Positions 45,981 through 62,985 of a DNA stretch of 64,000 bases are shown here, one piece after another. The DNA comes from the human T2T-CHM13v2.0 reference genome, Homo sapiens. Location of the stretch: assembly GCF_009914755.1 (NCBI RefSeq), contig NC_060929.1. One strand, given 5' to 3'. The position numbers and the translations under genes are program-made. Position 1 is the first letter of the stretch; each line of letters starts with the position of its first letter. The notes under the pieces are model-generated. The model was not told where the DNA came from, did not search any database, and saw nothing but the letters and a program-made list of their open reading frames with translations.

Positions 45981-46038
45981 TTAGGTTGGTGCATTAAAAG
46001 TAATGGCAAAGACCTCGATTGCTTTTGCACCAACCTAA
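45981..46038. mobile_element. MADE1 mariner MITE, internally deleted
   Basis: TIRs TTAGGTTGGTGCA...TGCACCAACCTAA followed by TA. Confidence 0.9.
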
Positions 46039-46774
46039 TATTTACTGTTTTCCCGTAAGGTATTCTACTGTTGTCTTTAAATATTTTGTGTATATTTCTT
46101 TATTTTTGTGATTGTGTTACAGTTAATTTACTCAATTAGAACAAGCCAAACTTTCTATTAATATTAGTATTCTTAGTATAAAGAGGTGTTCTTTAGTATT
46201 TTTCAGAATCTGTTCTATTTTTGTTAGCTATAAAGTGTGCATATGTGTTTGTATGTCATGTGCGTACAGAGAAAGAGATAGCTTTATAGACATGGAAAAA
46301 TCTTTGAATCCTTTCTCTTTTTTCACTATACTCTCTCCATTTCTCTTTCTTTCTCCCCTCCTTATTATAGTTTCATGAGAAAGTAAAAAAGAAAGGGAAC
46401 TGAGAGAGAAAGATATGTTAATTTTACATATTACTTTTTAATGAACTCGTGTTATAAAAGACATATACACTATAAAATTGAATTGCATTCAGTGGAAGTT
46501 TGGAAGACAATTTTAAATGCCTCTCGTTTAAGGTTCTTATGCAAAGAAAATGGAAAAGAGGGAAAATTTGTTTTAATATTAAAAAATGTACCTCTTAATT
46601 TGCTAATCCAAAATACTAGCATGAAATTAGAAAAAAAAGTATAGAATAATCTTTCTAAACTTGGTAGCTTGTTTTATTAAGAGCTGTTATAACATTAACT
46701 ACAACATAAAACTAAGAAAATAAATTGATCTAGAGGTATTAAAAAATAAAAAGAAAGAAAATATTCACAGTTAT

Positions 46775-47125
<351 letters not shown>

Positions 47126-47994
47126 TTAAAATGTAGAAGTGAAATGTGAAATTGACGCTAGAAATATACAATTGAAAAATAGTGATACTGAATGAAATCA
47201 CTAGATATTTTATTTTTTGCCTTTCAGTTTTCAAAAGACATGTAGGATATTCAATGTATCCATTCCAAATCAACTCTCAGAATGAGCTAAGACTTCCAAC
47301 AGACATCTAAAAAGTAAAAATTGGAAGTAATAATCATTAATAAATTTATTTTATCTTTCCTTGTTCTCCCCCCTTCAATATTATATTCACTGAATATTAT
47401 ACAACAAAGATTCTAACTGAAATCTTTGGAAGGCATTGAAAAATCTTCAACTTGTTAATTTTATGAATAAGGAGACTGAGACGCTGCGTACATGATTTGC
47501 TAAAACCACAAAAACCACACTGCAAGTTAATGAAAGACTTTTCAAAAAAGATGTGTTAGGGAGAAAAACAAATGAAGTTTCAAGACAGAAATCATTTATT
47601 TGTTCAATTTCAGGAAGATCACTTTTCCAACAATTTGAACACACGGTTTTCTTATATGTCTAGTTAACATTATGTATACTTCCTTATATGCATAATTAAT
47701 ATAATTAATACAACATATTTACAACAATACACATTATTAACATAATTACTGGGTCATTCATTCATTTAACCAACATTTATTAGGCTCTATGTGCCAGACT
47801 TTGTGATTTATTAAAAAATTAGTTAATGTATGTGTGTACAGGTATTTAGACAATTCAATGGAAATATATTTTTTATCAAATTCATTTATTCCTAGAAGTT
47901 ATCATGTGTATTAATGTTCTCTAGAGAAAGAGCAATCAATAGGAGATTTTATATATATTTATATAAAATATGTATATATATATATCATATACAT

Positions 47995-50730
<2,736 letters not shown>

Positions 50731-51552
50731 CATATGTGTAAATGTATATATTACCATGTCTAACATACATTATATAATATATACAATGACATCCTATATA
50801 TTATATACATATAGAGTATGTAAAAGAAGGAATTGGCTCATGTGATTATGGAGGCTGGCAAGTCTCCACATCTGCAATGGGCAAGCTGGAGAACTAGGAG
50901 CATCAATGATGTAGTTTGAGTCTGAAGACTGATAGGTTTGAGACCCAGGAAGGATTGATAATCCAGCTTGAGTCCAAAGGCAGGAAAAGAACTGACGTGC
51001 CAGCTAGAAGACAGTCTGATAGGGGTGGTTCCCCCTTATCATAGGCAGGTCAGCTTTTTTGTTCTCATCAGGCCTTCAATTAATTGGAGAGGGGCCCACC
51101 CACATTAGGGAGAGAGGCCCACCTATATTGTGCTTGAACTCAGCCTATCCATTCAATTGTTAATCTCAGCCAGCAACACTCTCATAGATGCACCGAGAAT
51201 AGTGTTTAACTACTGTGTGGACACTCCATGACCCAGTCAATTTGACATATCAATTTAACCATCACACCATATTTTCCTGATTATTATTACATCATGCCTC
51301 CACAGCCCCATATCAAAGATGCTACACAAAGACATAAGCAGGAGGTAGGTAGTAAAGCCTTGTGTAAAGAAACTTAACCATTCATATTCCATAAGTCGTG
51401 ACAGTGACTAGGTCTTAAAATATTCTCTAGGATTTCTTTAATGTCAGAAACATAAAGCTACTTTGGGAAATCATGACATGAGAACTCTACACACAATCAA
51501 TAAATGGGACTCCTAAGTAATTCTTTGAAAGACTAAACTTAGCCCATAAGAT

Positions 51553-52239
51553 TGGAACCACCATTGCAAAATTATGACTGAGACAGTGAAAGAGATCTGA
51601 CTTAACTGACTCCATCTTGCTTCTAACCTCCAAGCTGTCCTTGTTCATTCCTGGGTGTAGGCTAAACTAACTGTTGGAGAAAATTTGTTTATGGTTTATA
51701 CTTTAAAACAAAGACAATAATAGCCCCTTCCCAAAGCAGAACTCCTTCTTGCCTGGGGACTGGATTGCCTTTGTAGGACTACATTAGCCACAAGATTAGA
51801 AATTATTGTTTAGGGGTCATGCAACTGGAGGCTACAAGATTCTGACCCTCCCTAAACTTCTTCTAAGATCAGTGCCTGAGATATTTTCCAGACCCTGCAC
51901 TTGATAGATCAGTTGGCACCAGATGGATAAACTGGCTTATCTGATCTTGTGGCCCCCACTGGGGAACTGACTCAGCACAATAAGACAGCTTCAACTCCCT
52001 ATGATTTCATCTCTGACCAATCAGCACTTCTGGCCCACTGGATTCCTCCCACCCACCAAGTTATCCTTAAAATCACTGCTTCCGGGATACTCAGGGAGAC
52101 TGATTTGGGTAACAATAAAACTCCAGTCTCCCGCACAGCTGGCTCTCCATGATTTACTCTTTCTTTATTGCAATTTCCCTGTCTTGATAAATCAGCTCTG
52201 TGTAGGCGGTGGGCAAGGTGAACCTGTTGGGTGATTACA
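51553..52239 (+). mobile_element. LTR8 ERV1 solo LTR, complete
   Basis: TG...TTGCAAAATTATGACTGAGACAGTGAAAGAGATCTGAC...AATAAAACTCCAGTCTCCCGCACAGC...GGGCAAGGTGAACC..TTACA. 4-bp flanks AGAT/TGAT. Confidence 0.9.
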
Positions 52240-55099
52240 TGATTACTTTATTAATACAGTAACTGGTTACTAAATTACTATAAGGAATGGAAAAGTGATT
52301 GACAATTGAATAATCCACTCACAATTGATAAACTCATAGGACACTTGGATCCTTGGGAAGCAAATATGAATAAAGAACAGTCTTAAGGAGATTGTACTCT
52401 ATTGAAGAAGTCAACATAAGAGGCCACAGAAGACACAATTTGCTGTAGTGTATTGGTCATCTTCAAGCTTTTAAAAGTTGCAGATCTCTGTATTTTCAGT
52501 ATAAAATTTAAAAGGATATAAATCAAAGGCTCAATTGTGAAATGGAGCTGTGAAATTGGCAGTGAGAAAATGTCTTTAACTAGATATTCTGGAAAGTTCC
52601 TGGAAAGGTTTATTAATTTTTTTTAACCAAGAAACACATTTCTCCATCTTTACCTGTACAGAAAACTCTTTCTGTACTGGGTGATTCAAAGCAAATGTAT
52701 GAAATAAAATGTGCCTTCTTGAACCTTCAAACTAGTACATTGCATCTCCCCATACCTTCAGGTGGTCTATCCCTTCTGCCTTCTCCTTTATCTTTTCCTA
52801 CTGCCAGTACAGATTGTCAAAGAACTCATTTATACCTTTCTTATTCTAGATAAATGCTACTAGGTGTTGCCAGGAACTACCTGCCATTAGTAATAACTCA
52901 TTATACTTGACAGTAAAAATCTCTCCTAAGTGGCAAATGCTAACTGGTAGACTTTATAGTGATGAATCCATCTGGATTCATTTTCAGCCAGTGGGTAAAC
53001 CTGAATTGGGGAATTGGATAGTGCCTAAGATCACTCCATTGTGTAACTCTCATTACTTTTTTATGAGCTCACCCAGCATGAAAATAATTCATTAGCAATG
53101 AACATATTTAATTGTTCTTTCTAGTTCATCCCTTTGTACATTTTAAACAGATTATCCTGGCTGGCTACAAACAAACCTGAAATCAAAAAGCAGATGCTAC
53201 CTCTAATTGGAAGACTCAGGTAGGGTACTTAAAACACAAACAAGCACATTTCTATTTAGGATTTTATGTTTAACCTTTGATTGTGCCTGGAACATGATGT
53301 AATGAATAAATGAATTAATAAATAAATTGCATACATTAATGAATAAATTAATAGAAGAATGAGTAAAAGATCACTCTTTGATGCCCATGTTTACCACTAT
53401 AATAAAGAAAGAAAGGGGACAGTCAGAGAAAGGAAAGAATATAGTTAACAAGAGCGATGAGTGGGGAACAGCACATAAACAGATTTCTGCATCTTTCTGC
53501 AGATTGAATTGGAATCTCAGATTTTCTACACTTATTTTAGGCATAATGGAGAGTCAATAAGGAATTATTACCCACTCACTACCCTCATCAAGACAGAAGG
53601 AAGGAAAGACGGAAGGAAGGATTGATTCAGAAGGAATGAATATTTATAATTTCTACAAATAAAATTTGTATGAAATTTCTACAAATAAAAATATAAAAAT
53701 AAACAGGGTTCTTGTAAACTCATATGAAATCTAGTACATTAGAATATTCCACATGTTTTGGTGACAAATATTTGAACTATTATCAAATTATTGTAGAGAC
53801 GGTTGAGCCTTAAAAGTTTACAACCTTGACATGGCTATAATGAAAAGAATTGAAACTTCCTCTAGATTACTCATTAGTACTGACACATTAATTAAAATAG
53901 ATAGTTGGTTTCTTTCCTATCATCACGTATATTTCTTGAGTAAGCTATCATTAAAGGTACTTTTATTTTTCTATTCTAATTAAGGAAAAATAAATCACAT
54001 CTGTAAACCAAAACAGAAACTACTCTTTAAATTATTCCATTTTATGAACAGAGGAAAGCCATGCAATGACATTTTATGCTGAAATATTTTTGGGTCAAAT
54101 TTTAATTTAACTGATGCGTCTTCAGTGTGCCTGTGGAAGGAGAATCTTGAAAACCCTATATTGATAAGTATAATAAAATTCTATATAATGAGTATAGGAG
54201 CACAATTAGTAGGTAAATAAAATTTTATCAGTTCATATTACCAAGTTGCCTGCAGTACTGGAAAATGTAGCTTATTTTTAACATGGGTGAAAAGACCCTG
54301 CAATTTGATGAAAAAAACCTAGTCAAATGAAGCCCAAATTCATAATTTGAAGCCTATAATAGGAATGCTAACACTTAGAAACAGAAGGATGAAGGTAAGG
54401 CATCTCTTGTTAGTTTCCAGGCCTGCACAAATGACAGCTGATCACCACATTGTACTCCTGGAGGAGGAGATTAATAGGAGCATGACAGACAAGTTTCAGA
54501 AACTAGAGTTCCTCAAGCTGAAGAAGAGAGAAAGGCAGAATATTTCAGTAGTGATTTTCAAGTAAATGCGTGTTATTTAGCAGAGCAATAATAATTTTTT
54601 TAAATCAACTAACTTGGATAAAAAAAGAAAGAGCAGAAATTATGAAAAGTGTAATTTTAACTAGATAATTAGACTGTAGTTGCTATCACATATTCCTTTC
54701 ACTTAGCATTTACTTGAGATTCAAAGTTGTTAATTTTATTATTAAGTGACATTTTTCATTACCTCAATTAGGGTGTAAGCGCTTTGAGGCTTCAGACATT
54801 ATGGGATTTTTTGTGTGTGTGCATGGCAGGTGGGGCATACTGGGTAGATATATCTTGATTATCCAGAGGTGTTAAATAAATACAAACAACTCAGATTTCG
54901 GCATCAAACAAACAGTTCTGAGATTCAAAGAATTTCTGCTTTGGAGTATCTTCTTGTTTTTACTTTATATTTGGTGTAATTTCTCACTTGTAAATTGTTG
55001 CTTAAATAGTGCAAATAATATCCATAAACTTCCATCCAGTTTTTCCTATTCTTCATATTTTACTCAATTTACTTTAACATTTATGTTCTTTTCTCTCTC

Positions 55100-56500
55100 T
55101 GTCATACTTTCACTCTATGTGTATCTATACATAAATTGTTTTCTTCTGAACTATTTGAAGGTAAATTTTATACATCATGGCCCTTTTCCCGTAAATTCTT
55201 TAGCATGAGTTTAGGAGCAGGTGTTGTATTTAGTGGTCAAGTCTCTTGAGCCTCCTTTAACCTGGAGCATTTCCATAGCTTTTCTTTGTGTTTAATGACA
55301 TTGATATTTTTGACAAATATATCCTTCTATCTTTAAAAACATAGACTGTTTCTCACTGAGCATTGGTTTAATCTTCCTTTATTGACTAGATGGTGGTTAT
55401 GCATTCTCACTGGAATGCTGCATAGGAGATATTTTGTTACACATCTGTGTTACACATCTGGAGCCACATGATGTCCATTGGTCCCTCATTAATAGTGTCA
55501 ATTTTAATGGTTAATGATAAAATTAATTATCACCTGGTCATGATGTTGCCCCATTTCTCCTTTCTCCATTGTATAGTTACTGAGCTGTTGTTTTTCTCTC
55601 TTCCCTGCAACTATCAAACAACCTGTGGGAGTCACTTGAAGACTACGCAAATATCCTGCTTCCTGTTGAAACTTCCTACTGGTCTTATCATCTAGTGAGG
55701 GTTCATTCCTGCTCCAGTTTTAACATGATAATATTCTAATCTCAACTATCCATTAATGTTACCAGTCAACCCTCAGCATTCTGCTTTTATATATCCTTTC
55801 CATATCCATATAGTAGTATATATTTATTTATCGTCAGTACAAATTCACCAATTTCTGTTTTCTTCAAGAGGTCATAATTCATTGCAGTTTTTGAGTATTT
55901 TGATGCTCATAATGTCCATATTGGGCCAGCGAAAGCCTCTTAGTTGGTTCCTCTCTCCTTGTGATAGGCCCCCAACTTGTTTTTACTTATTTGGCACTTT
56001 CTTTCTTTGTAGCTTACCTTGTAGCCATGCTGTTCAATCCCTGAAATCAGCAATTTATTCAAGAAATCCTTTTCCTTTTAGTGGGAAGTAAAGACCAAGA
56101 TCTAGGTATAAGCTATGCATGTTGCTGTTAGGGAGTTCTTGCTTCTGGGTCCTTGCAGCAGACAGTGTTGGTAAAAATATGTTTATATACAGATGTATTT
56201 GCATACATGTATTACACAAGCACACTTGTATAGATATACTTATATGTTTGCATTCATGTGCACATCAACATGCACATACATACACACGTACCTATTTCAG
56301 AAATCATCACTTCATTTGTTCTTCTCAGTGAAAATCTTAGCTCCCAACATGACCAACACATTTATGCATTTGCTCAAGCCTATAATACATCTAAAATATT
56401 TTCATAATTTTCTTACCCACACCATTATCATAAACAATTCTACTAAAAAGAGTTTAGGATTGGTTTGAGCTTCTGCCATCAAATCCCACACATCACTCTG
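55100..56500 (-). mobile_element. Ancient L1MC4/5-like 3' region
   Basis: TTCTGAACTATTTGAAGGTAA..ACATCATGGCCC; TAATGACATTGATATTTTTGA; CCCTGAAATCAGCAATTTATTCAAG..TCCTTTTAGTGGG. Confidence 0.65.
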
Positions 56501-56859
56501 CCCAAGACCAAGAGTACAGAGTGAAACATTCCGTCCATCTGCATTTAGACTGGATCTTTCTTTTATACCCCTTTCACGTGACTATGGTGTTCACCTAAAA
56601 TATGACTAAGCTCATTTGTTTCCGTTTGTGGACAGTATTTTCTTCTTGTCATTCTTATTGTTTAATGTAACTTTGTGAATATGTGGGATGTTAATGTGCT
56701 TCAAAAGTCAAAACTGTACATCAACATATACTCAGAGAAGAGTCACTCTCCTCTGTCCTTCCACCCTGTCCCTTCCATCTCACCCCGTGTAGTTAACAAC
56801 TTTATTTTTTTCTGGATTTTGCTACTACCTATATTGCTCTTTTTGGGTCATGATTAGCA

Positions 56860-57430
56860 AGTGTAGTGTATTTACTTATTATTCTTTCTTACATAATATA
56901 TAGCATAGCATATATATTCTTTTACGTTTTTCTTTTTTACTCAATACTATGCGTGTTCAGAGTCTTTCCTCATTTTTTTAATGACAGCATAGTACTCCAT
57001 TGAATTTACCCATTCTCCTATGCTTGAAGATTTAGGTGGTTTCTAATATTTTGGAATTACAAATAAAGCTGCTTTAAATAGGCTTGTAAAAAGGGATTTT
57101 CATATTTTTGGAGGTATATCTTGAGTGTAAACTTCTAGAAGTAGGACTACTGGATTGAAGGGTAAATACATAGATAGTTAATTAAATATTTTCAAAATCC
57201 ACTCCATAAGAATCGCACCATTTTCCATTCCCACCCACAATGTTGGAGACAGCCTGTTTCTCCATAGCCTCTCCAAAGGAGTGGATTGTTAAGCTTTTGA
57301 ATTTTTGCCAGTCTAATGGTTCAGGAACACTTTCTTACAGTAGTTTTAATTACACTTTTCTTATGAATGAAGATGAATACCATTTCAAGTGTTTAAAGGA
57401 CTTTTTTTTATCTCTCTTTGTAAATTTTCA
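56860..57430 (-). mobile_element. Ancient L1M ORF2 3' fragment
   Basis: GCATAGTACTCCATTG...TTTAGGTGGTTTCTAAT...CTAGAAGTAGGACTACTGGATTGAAGGGTA...TTCCATTCCCACCCAC. Confidence 0.7.
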
Positions 57431-57524
57431 GTTCAGGGCACTTCTTTAACAAATATGGAAAAGTTGATCTTGGAGTGCTTTCATCCCCGTTCAAAGGCAG
57501 TGATAGACAACAGGTATATTGTGA

Positions 57525-57919
57525 CTGAGCCAGAGGTCAGAAATCAGAGTGTCAGCAGGGCTGTGTTCCCTCAGAAGCTCTGAGCTAGATTCTGTTCCTT
57601 ATCCTTTCTAGCTTCTGGCAGATACATATGTTCCTTGGATGAAGGCCCCACCATTCCAATCTCTGCTTCCATCCTTATATTACCTTCTCCTCTTCTGTCT
57701 CTCTGCTCTCCCTTGCCTACTTCTCATAAGAACACTCACGGAGACATTTAAGGCCCACCTGAATAATTCAGGATAATCACCTCCTCTCAAGATCCTTAAC
57801 TGAATTATATCTTTGACACACAAGATATTTACTCTTTTGCTATATAAGGTAGTAGTCAAAGTTTCTGGGGATTAGGTTATGGACATATGTTTTTGGGAAC
57901 TATCACTGAGCCCACTACA
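57525..57919 (-). mobile_element. MLT1B/C-type MaLR LTR
   Basis: GTGTCAGCAGGGCTGTGTTCCCTC...TTTAAGGCCCACCTGAATAATTCAGGATAATC...CTGGGGATTAGG..GGACAT. Confidence 0.8.
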
Positions 57920-58043
57920 CATGGTTAATCTTAAATTATATAAAGGGGAAAGAGGAGACAGGCTTCTTGGTATCTAATATGCTGTGGGTATTTGAAGAAA
58001 AGGAGTTATGGGAAACAGCATGGTCATTCTCCTGGCTGTGACT

Positions 58044-58089
58044 CTCAGCTTGTCTGGAATAGAAGGCTCAGCTTGTCTGGAATAGAAGG
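58044..58089. repeat. Perfect 23-bp tandem duplication
   Basis: CTCAGCTTGTCTGGAATAGAAGG x2. Confidence 0.97.
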
Positions 58090-58715
58090 GTACTTAGATC
58101 ATAAGAGCGTTCAGCTGAAAGAGATTTAGTAATTGTTTTTGTATTTTAACCGACTTAATCATTTTGTTGTAATGTGCCCTAATAGCAGTAACTGCATTAT
58201 AAATTTATTAAAAATGAAGCCATCTGAGGATGTCTGGATTATACAATAAACAGTTTTGAAAAGGAGGAACAAGGCACTTTAAAAACTTCAAGCATCTAAT
58301 GAGCTTAATTTGTGACCCTAGCAACAATACCAAAACATGTGGTTGTAAAGCTTTGTAGAAGGGTGAGATCACAGTATTCCGGGCATGGTGATTCAACTGA
58401 AGGCACCATTCAGATATGATGTCATCAACACTGAACATGTGTTGGAAGCACCTTATACTGACAGCTGTTGTTTCACACAGTTTTTCTTAAACAAAAGTCT
58501 ACCTTTAAATGTCATTGTAAAGGGTGTTCTCCTTTGTTTAAGGATTAGGTCATATAACTGGTAAATATTATTGCCTTATATATTTTCATAATGCCTGTCC
58601 ATCAGAAAGTATTGGCTGGTACTACCTATTGTGATTTAAACAAGATGTTCTTAGTCACGCAGAGACTAACATTACACTTTACAGTGTATCCTATTGGCCT
58701 TCAGGATAAATTTAT

Positions 58716-58930
58716 GAATCATAGAATCTTATAGTTGGAAGAAAATTTAGAGGTAGCTAACAAACCACCCATCTGATTTGATGCTTCAATAGTGTTTCCT
58801 ACCAATACCTTGTTAAGAGGGCATCTAAAATTTGTTCAAATACCTCCAATGTCAGGGAACTCACTACCATTCAAAAGAACTCATTTCATTTAATGGTTCA
58901 ACATTAAGAAAAACAATCGTCCTACATTAC
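58716..58930 (-). mobile_element. L3/CR1 3' fragment
   Basis: GAATCATAGAATCTTATAGTTGGAAG...AATACCTCCAATGTCAGGGAACTCACTACC. Confidence 0.6.
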
Positions 58931-59683
58931 ATTAAGTTAAATATTTTGTTACATTATTTGCAGACAGGTTATTTTCCTTTTCTAGTCATCTCTTTTCCAC
59001 AGTGACAATCCTGAGTGTCTCCTGCAGTTCTGCATGTGACACTGTTTTGAGTCATCATTTAAGACCTTGTCTAAACATGTAGATATTGTCAATGCTACTA
59101 TGTCTTTATTAATATTGACTGTAACCATTTGCAAATCCAAGTTAGCTGAAGGTGTGAAGAAGCTGTAAAATCAAATGAGAGTTACCTGTGAGTTGTGGGT
59201 TTGGGCCGATACTTTGGGCCTAGAGGATCTGTAAAGTTCCTGTAAGATTTTGGCTGTTGGTATGTGTTTTGTTTAAGCAAAACAAAGGATTTATATTATA
59301 GAAATTATAAAAAACTTATAAAACAATTAATAAATAATTTTATAAATAATTATAAAAAAGTGTCTCATGAAAATGAAGGTTAGAAATGCAGCCAGGGTTC
59401 AAAGAGCTGAAACAAGGATCTCTAGAACTATGAGAAACAATCACATCTGTTTATTCATTTATCTCTCTCCCATTTTTAGTCTCATTCTTTCTGAGTGTCA
59501 ATCTCATTTCTTCTTTCTTCTACATATCTTCTGCTTGTGTTTTATCCTTTTCTTTCTCTACAAACTGGCTTATGTGATATTACTGATTATCGATTTACAT
59601 ATTACTCTTTAAGATTTATTCAGATCAACAAACAGCTCTCTGTTACAATTCCAAATTTTTAGAAGATATTGACTCTTTTGCTC

Positions 59684-59725
59684 ACTTTTAATGGCAAAAA
59701 CTGCAATTACTTTTGCACCAATCTA
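59684..59725. mobile_element. MADE1 half element
   Basis: ACTTTTAATGGCAAAAACTGCAATTACTTTTGCACCAATCTA. Confidence 0.85.
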
Positions 59726-59892
59726 TAGAAGCCACTTCCCCCAACTGTTGTCAAGGCAATCATGTTCCTTCACCTAATCAACTGGAGTTAAGGGGCTGAA
59801 GAAATAGCATAATGTTGTTCAACATCATGGCTGGGAGGCTTACATGTATAGATCAGAGTCAGACAATTCCAGGAGAAAGTAGATGGCTCTAC

Positions 59893-59966
59893 ACCAGGAC
59901 AGGCAATCCTCAAAATGTCTACAACAGAGACCAGGACGGGCAATCCTCAAAATGTCTGCAACAGAG
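59893..59966. repeat. 37-bp tandem duplication, 2 mismatches
   Basis: ACCAGGAC[A/G]GGCAATCCTCAAAATGTCT[A/G]CAACAGAG x2. Confidence 0.95.
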
Positions 59967-61169
59967 AGGGGTGACTTTGAGTTCCCTGGGGTCTGAGAAA
60001 ATCAAGGAAAATGTTTTCTCTAGGAGGTAAATATGTGGGAGCTCGAAGACACAAAAATAATAACTTGGTTGTTTAAAACTTTTTTTAAGATATCAAAAAG
60101 GTGAGAGAGGTTGTTTGACTTTCTTTTCTTGCCTGGATCACTTTAGAAGGGATTCAGGGGAGGCCATATATCCAGACATAAATTGCATATCACTTTTATA
60201 AACCAAGCTCAATGAGCTTGGTAAAGAAAGGAACCTCAACACATAAATCTCTTAATACATTCCAAGAGTAGATTTGTATTATTGACAATAAGTCACATTT
60301 TTGCCCCCATATTTATTATACTTCACTAAAACCCGTATCTTTCTAACATTTGCTATTGTTAAATTATACCTCAACCTATCTACACTTACTGAGTATTCCT
60401 TTATGCAGGATTTGATATTTATCCTGGCTGAATTCATGACTTGCCTCATCATTCCAATCTACCGTGACATTTCTGGATTCTTATTCACTAATTCAAAAAG
60501 TTATCCCTTCAGCTTCATGTCAACTGAAAATATGATTACATGCCATCAGGTAGTGATGAGGCATTGAAAACAAGGTATCAGTTAGAATACAATGAGCATT
60601 TGACAGGATATTAGAGATCTTGACTCTGATTTCAACTGTGAACTATTATAGGAATTTGCATAAGCCATTTAATTGGATTATGCCTTCTTTTATTTATATA
60701 TAAATGGGGTAATAAACAGTTTTGTAATTATAAAATGAAACAGCATCGAAGAAGAAGACAGGCAACTGCTTCAACTTCTGTATAAATGGATGGTATCATA
60801 GAATTCTTGTCTTAGGTATCAGGAATTGCCAGGTGAGATGAATTGCTACAGTCCTTGCCCTGGGGTGGCCTGATCTGAAGGTCCAGTTGAACTTTATTCT
60901 GCATAGAAAGAAGATGTGAAACTGTAGCTGTAGAGCACACCTTCACTGGAGAGGCAATTTTTTCTATCCCTAGCATTGAAATATAATTTATATGTCAGAT
61001 GGTGCCTTTGAGGCACCAGTCAGTACATGCATCAAGCCTGTTAAAAGTGATGCCAGTTAAAGGATGACATTACTTTGATTCTAAGATAGCTGCACTGACT
61101 ACAAGGTGGCTCCTATAGTGAATGCATATGGTTTTAACTTATGCAGCAACTCTAATGCCCTTGTTTATT

Positions 61170-61600
61170 TTTTTAACAACACTCCTATTTTTCTTCACGA
61201 AACCACCCCTTTCCATGTTAGTCCATGTAGTTCAGTTCAGTAGGGTTGAACCACTGTCTCAAGGGTGGACATATGGTACACACTTGACCAAACAGAGTCT
61301 GGCCTCCACTGGCCACAGAAATAGAGTCAGAGACAAACATGCAAATGAAGTTATTCCAATTATACTTCCTCCCAGATAATTTAAGTATCAGGTAGAACGA
61401 CAATGACAAAAACAGTTGCTACTTGGTCATGAGTTCTTGCTGTGTAGATCCTCCAGGCTGTCCTACTTTCTGTTTTTCCCAAGGCCTAGATATTCAAGTG
61501 TTATTTTAAAATATACAAGCTACTCCACCTATTTCCAATACTTTTTGCCTGAATAAGTCTGTTCTATTTTTTGTTACCTGTAACTAAATAACTAAAACCA
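61170..61600 (+). mobile_element. LTR16/LTR33-like ERVL LTR, diverged
   Basis: CCACTGGCCACAG...AGAGACAAACATG and a terminal TTTTTTGCCTGAATAAGTC...TGTTACCTGTAACTAAA. Confidence 0.45.
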
Positions 61601-62156
61601 ACATATACTATGACTCAAGACAATGAAAAAAAAGGCGTTATAGAACCAAGAAAATGCAACATCCCAATGGCTCTACGGTCCCCTCTATGCATGCACTTTA
61701 AGTCCCCAAGAGTTCTGTGCTTTTCCCAGTTATGCCGGTAAAATCTAGTATCAACCCAGGTGCTCCCATGGTTCCATCCAAGGCCGATTGTATGAGCCAG
61801 CCACTTGAAACACACTATTTATACATGACACCTTCGCACACTCAGTATCAGTCTAGCTCATGCTTTCTCTTGAGCATGGGCTTATGAGTTTCTTCTGTCT
61901 CATAAGTACTTGATATAATTGGCCTGATTCTACCTTAGTCCCTGCTTCCTTCAACTAAATTCTTTCCAAATCTCAAACTATTGAAATTAAATTTCACATG
62001 TTCTCTGCCCATTCATAGCTGTTCCTTATATTCTAGAGATATTTAGTATTTGTTAGGGAAATTTAATCACAGAAAATGGGTCTTTTTATTTTTGATGTAA
62101 CTATAGCAAAAGTCTCCTTGGCACTAACTACTCAGTCCTGTATGGCATTGGGAGGT

Positions 62157-62985
<829 letters not shown>

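Noticed and set aside
53648-53690. AATTTCTACAAATAAAA repeated at 26-bp period
   Set aside because: Low-complexity slippage product with no further structure.
58208-58438. 76-aa minus-strand ORF in unique DNA
   Set aside because: No recognisable homology or splice context; cannot be supported without conservation data.
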